From Prasinococcaceae sp. CCMP 1430 (taxonomy: Eukaryota > Plantae > Prasinodermophyta): a stretch of DNA of 7,068 nt. Shown in pieces: positions 6,456 to 7,068 of this stretch; position 1 is the stretch's first letter, and each line of letters starts with the position of its first letter. A model generated the notes under the pieces. It ran no database searches and was not told the DNA's origin. It saw nothing but the letters and a program-made list of their open reading frames with translations. Made by a program: the position numbers and the translations under genes. The stretch spans positions 286,083-293,150 of the forward strand of contig RQSC01000630.1 of NCBI GenBank assembly GCA_013416795.1, given 5' to 3'.

Positions 6456-6499
<44 letters not shown>

Positions 6500-6934
6500 T
6501 GCGCGCCTGGCGCGCGCGCTCTCCGGTCCCTTCACCGCGGCGGTTCTCGCTCGGCGGGGGAAGAAGAAGAGTTTGCGCCAGACGCCTCGACGGCCTGCCG
6601 CGACCAGGCCGTGGCCGCGCGAGGCGGTCTGGGCTGCGTGCGGCGCGCCCGCCGACCACTTGTACACCACCGCACGCTCGCCCTTCCGCCCCGCTCGCTG
6701 CCCCCCTCCGCCCCTCGCGCACGTCCTCTCGAGCCCCCGCCGCAGGTCGATGATCACCCGCTCGCCGCCACCGCGCCGCGTATTATTTTGATGACGTCCG
6801 CGCGGTCGGTCGATCGGGGTCGCCGCGGACCTCCCCCGCGCCGACCCCCCTCCCACCCCTTTGCCGCCTTCCCCCTCCCCCCTCCTCGCGCGCGCGAGCG
6901 GGCGGGCGGCGTGTCGCGGCGGTCGCGCCGTGCG
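6358..6934. promoter_or_regulatory. Probable bidirectional promoter/5' UTR region between PI4KG (-) and the right-edge gene (+)
   Basis: Head-to-head ATGs at 6357 (-) and 6935 (+). The region is non-coding in composition, with a short AT-rich patch TATTATTTTG (6781-6790), TGACGTC (6792-6798) and a second C-rich tract at 6833-6882. Confidence 0.5.
6411..6499. repeat. C-rich tract (C4, C6, C6, C5, then C43 at 6457-6499); G-runs on the PI4K sense strand
   Basis: Read directly. The homopolymer length may be unreliable. Confidence 0.9.
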
Positions 6935-7068
6935 ATGAGCAAGCGCGCACCGAGCGGCGGTCGGACGCGGCGGACGCCGTGGTGGTGGGTGCTCGCGGCC
7001 GCGGGCGTGCTCGTGGTGGCCGCGCTCGACTCGCGGCCGCCGACCGACGAGGAGCGGAGGGAGCTGGG
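6935..7068 (+). CDS. 5' fragment of a probable type II (signal-anchor) membrane protein; runs off the window
   Basis: My translation from ATG 6935 is MSKRAPSGGRTRRTPWWWVLAAAGVLVVAALDSRPPTDEERREL. It has a basic N-terminus, a 16-aa hydrophobic segment and a charged stem, with high GC3 and no stop. It is not in the ORF track. Confidence 0.65.
   Translation, partial: MSKRAPSGGRTRRTPWWWVLAAAGVLVVAALDSRPPTDEERREL

Noticed and set aside
1-7068. CRISPR array, transposase/integrase, rRNA, or prokaryotic operon
   Set aside because: There are no spaced repeats, TIR/LTR pairs, mobile-element motifs, rRNA-like blocks or Shine-Dalgarno organisation, and the gene content is eukaryotic.

Overview
This is very GC- and CpG-rich eukaryotic DNA that looks like a compact green-lineage (chlorophyte/prasinophyte-type) algal genome. 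The taxon is inferred from plant-type genes, apparently intron-free coding blocks and TGTAA poly(A)-type signals. Left to right: (1) a GDE5/plant-GDPD-like glycerophosphodiester phosphodiesterase on the minus strand, whose 5' end falls in a 234-N assembly gap; (2) a divergent intergenic region with (CG)n runs and an AT-richer island; (3) an unrecognised ~300-aa coding-like ORF on the plus strand with no AUG for its first ~150 codons; (4) a convergent 3' region with (TG)19 and (TGC)16 microsatellites and one TGTAA on each strand, placed so that the two 3' UTRs would overlap; (5) a plant gamma5/6/7-type, UBL-containing type II PI4-kinase on the minus strand; (6) a C-rich bidirectional promoter region with a C43 run; (7) the first 44 codons of a probable type II membrane protein. 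I see no clear novel multi-gene system, mobile element, CRISPR array or classical RNA gene. The best leads are the orphan ORF and the post-transcriptional architecture of the convergent 3' UTRs. Most long ORFs in the track are GC3 shadow frames.
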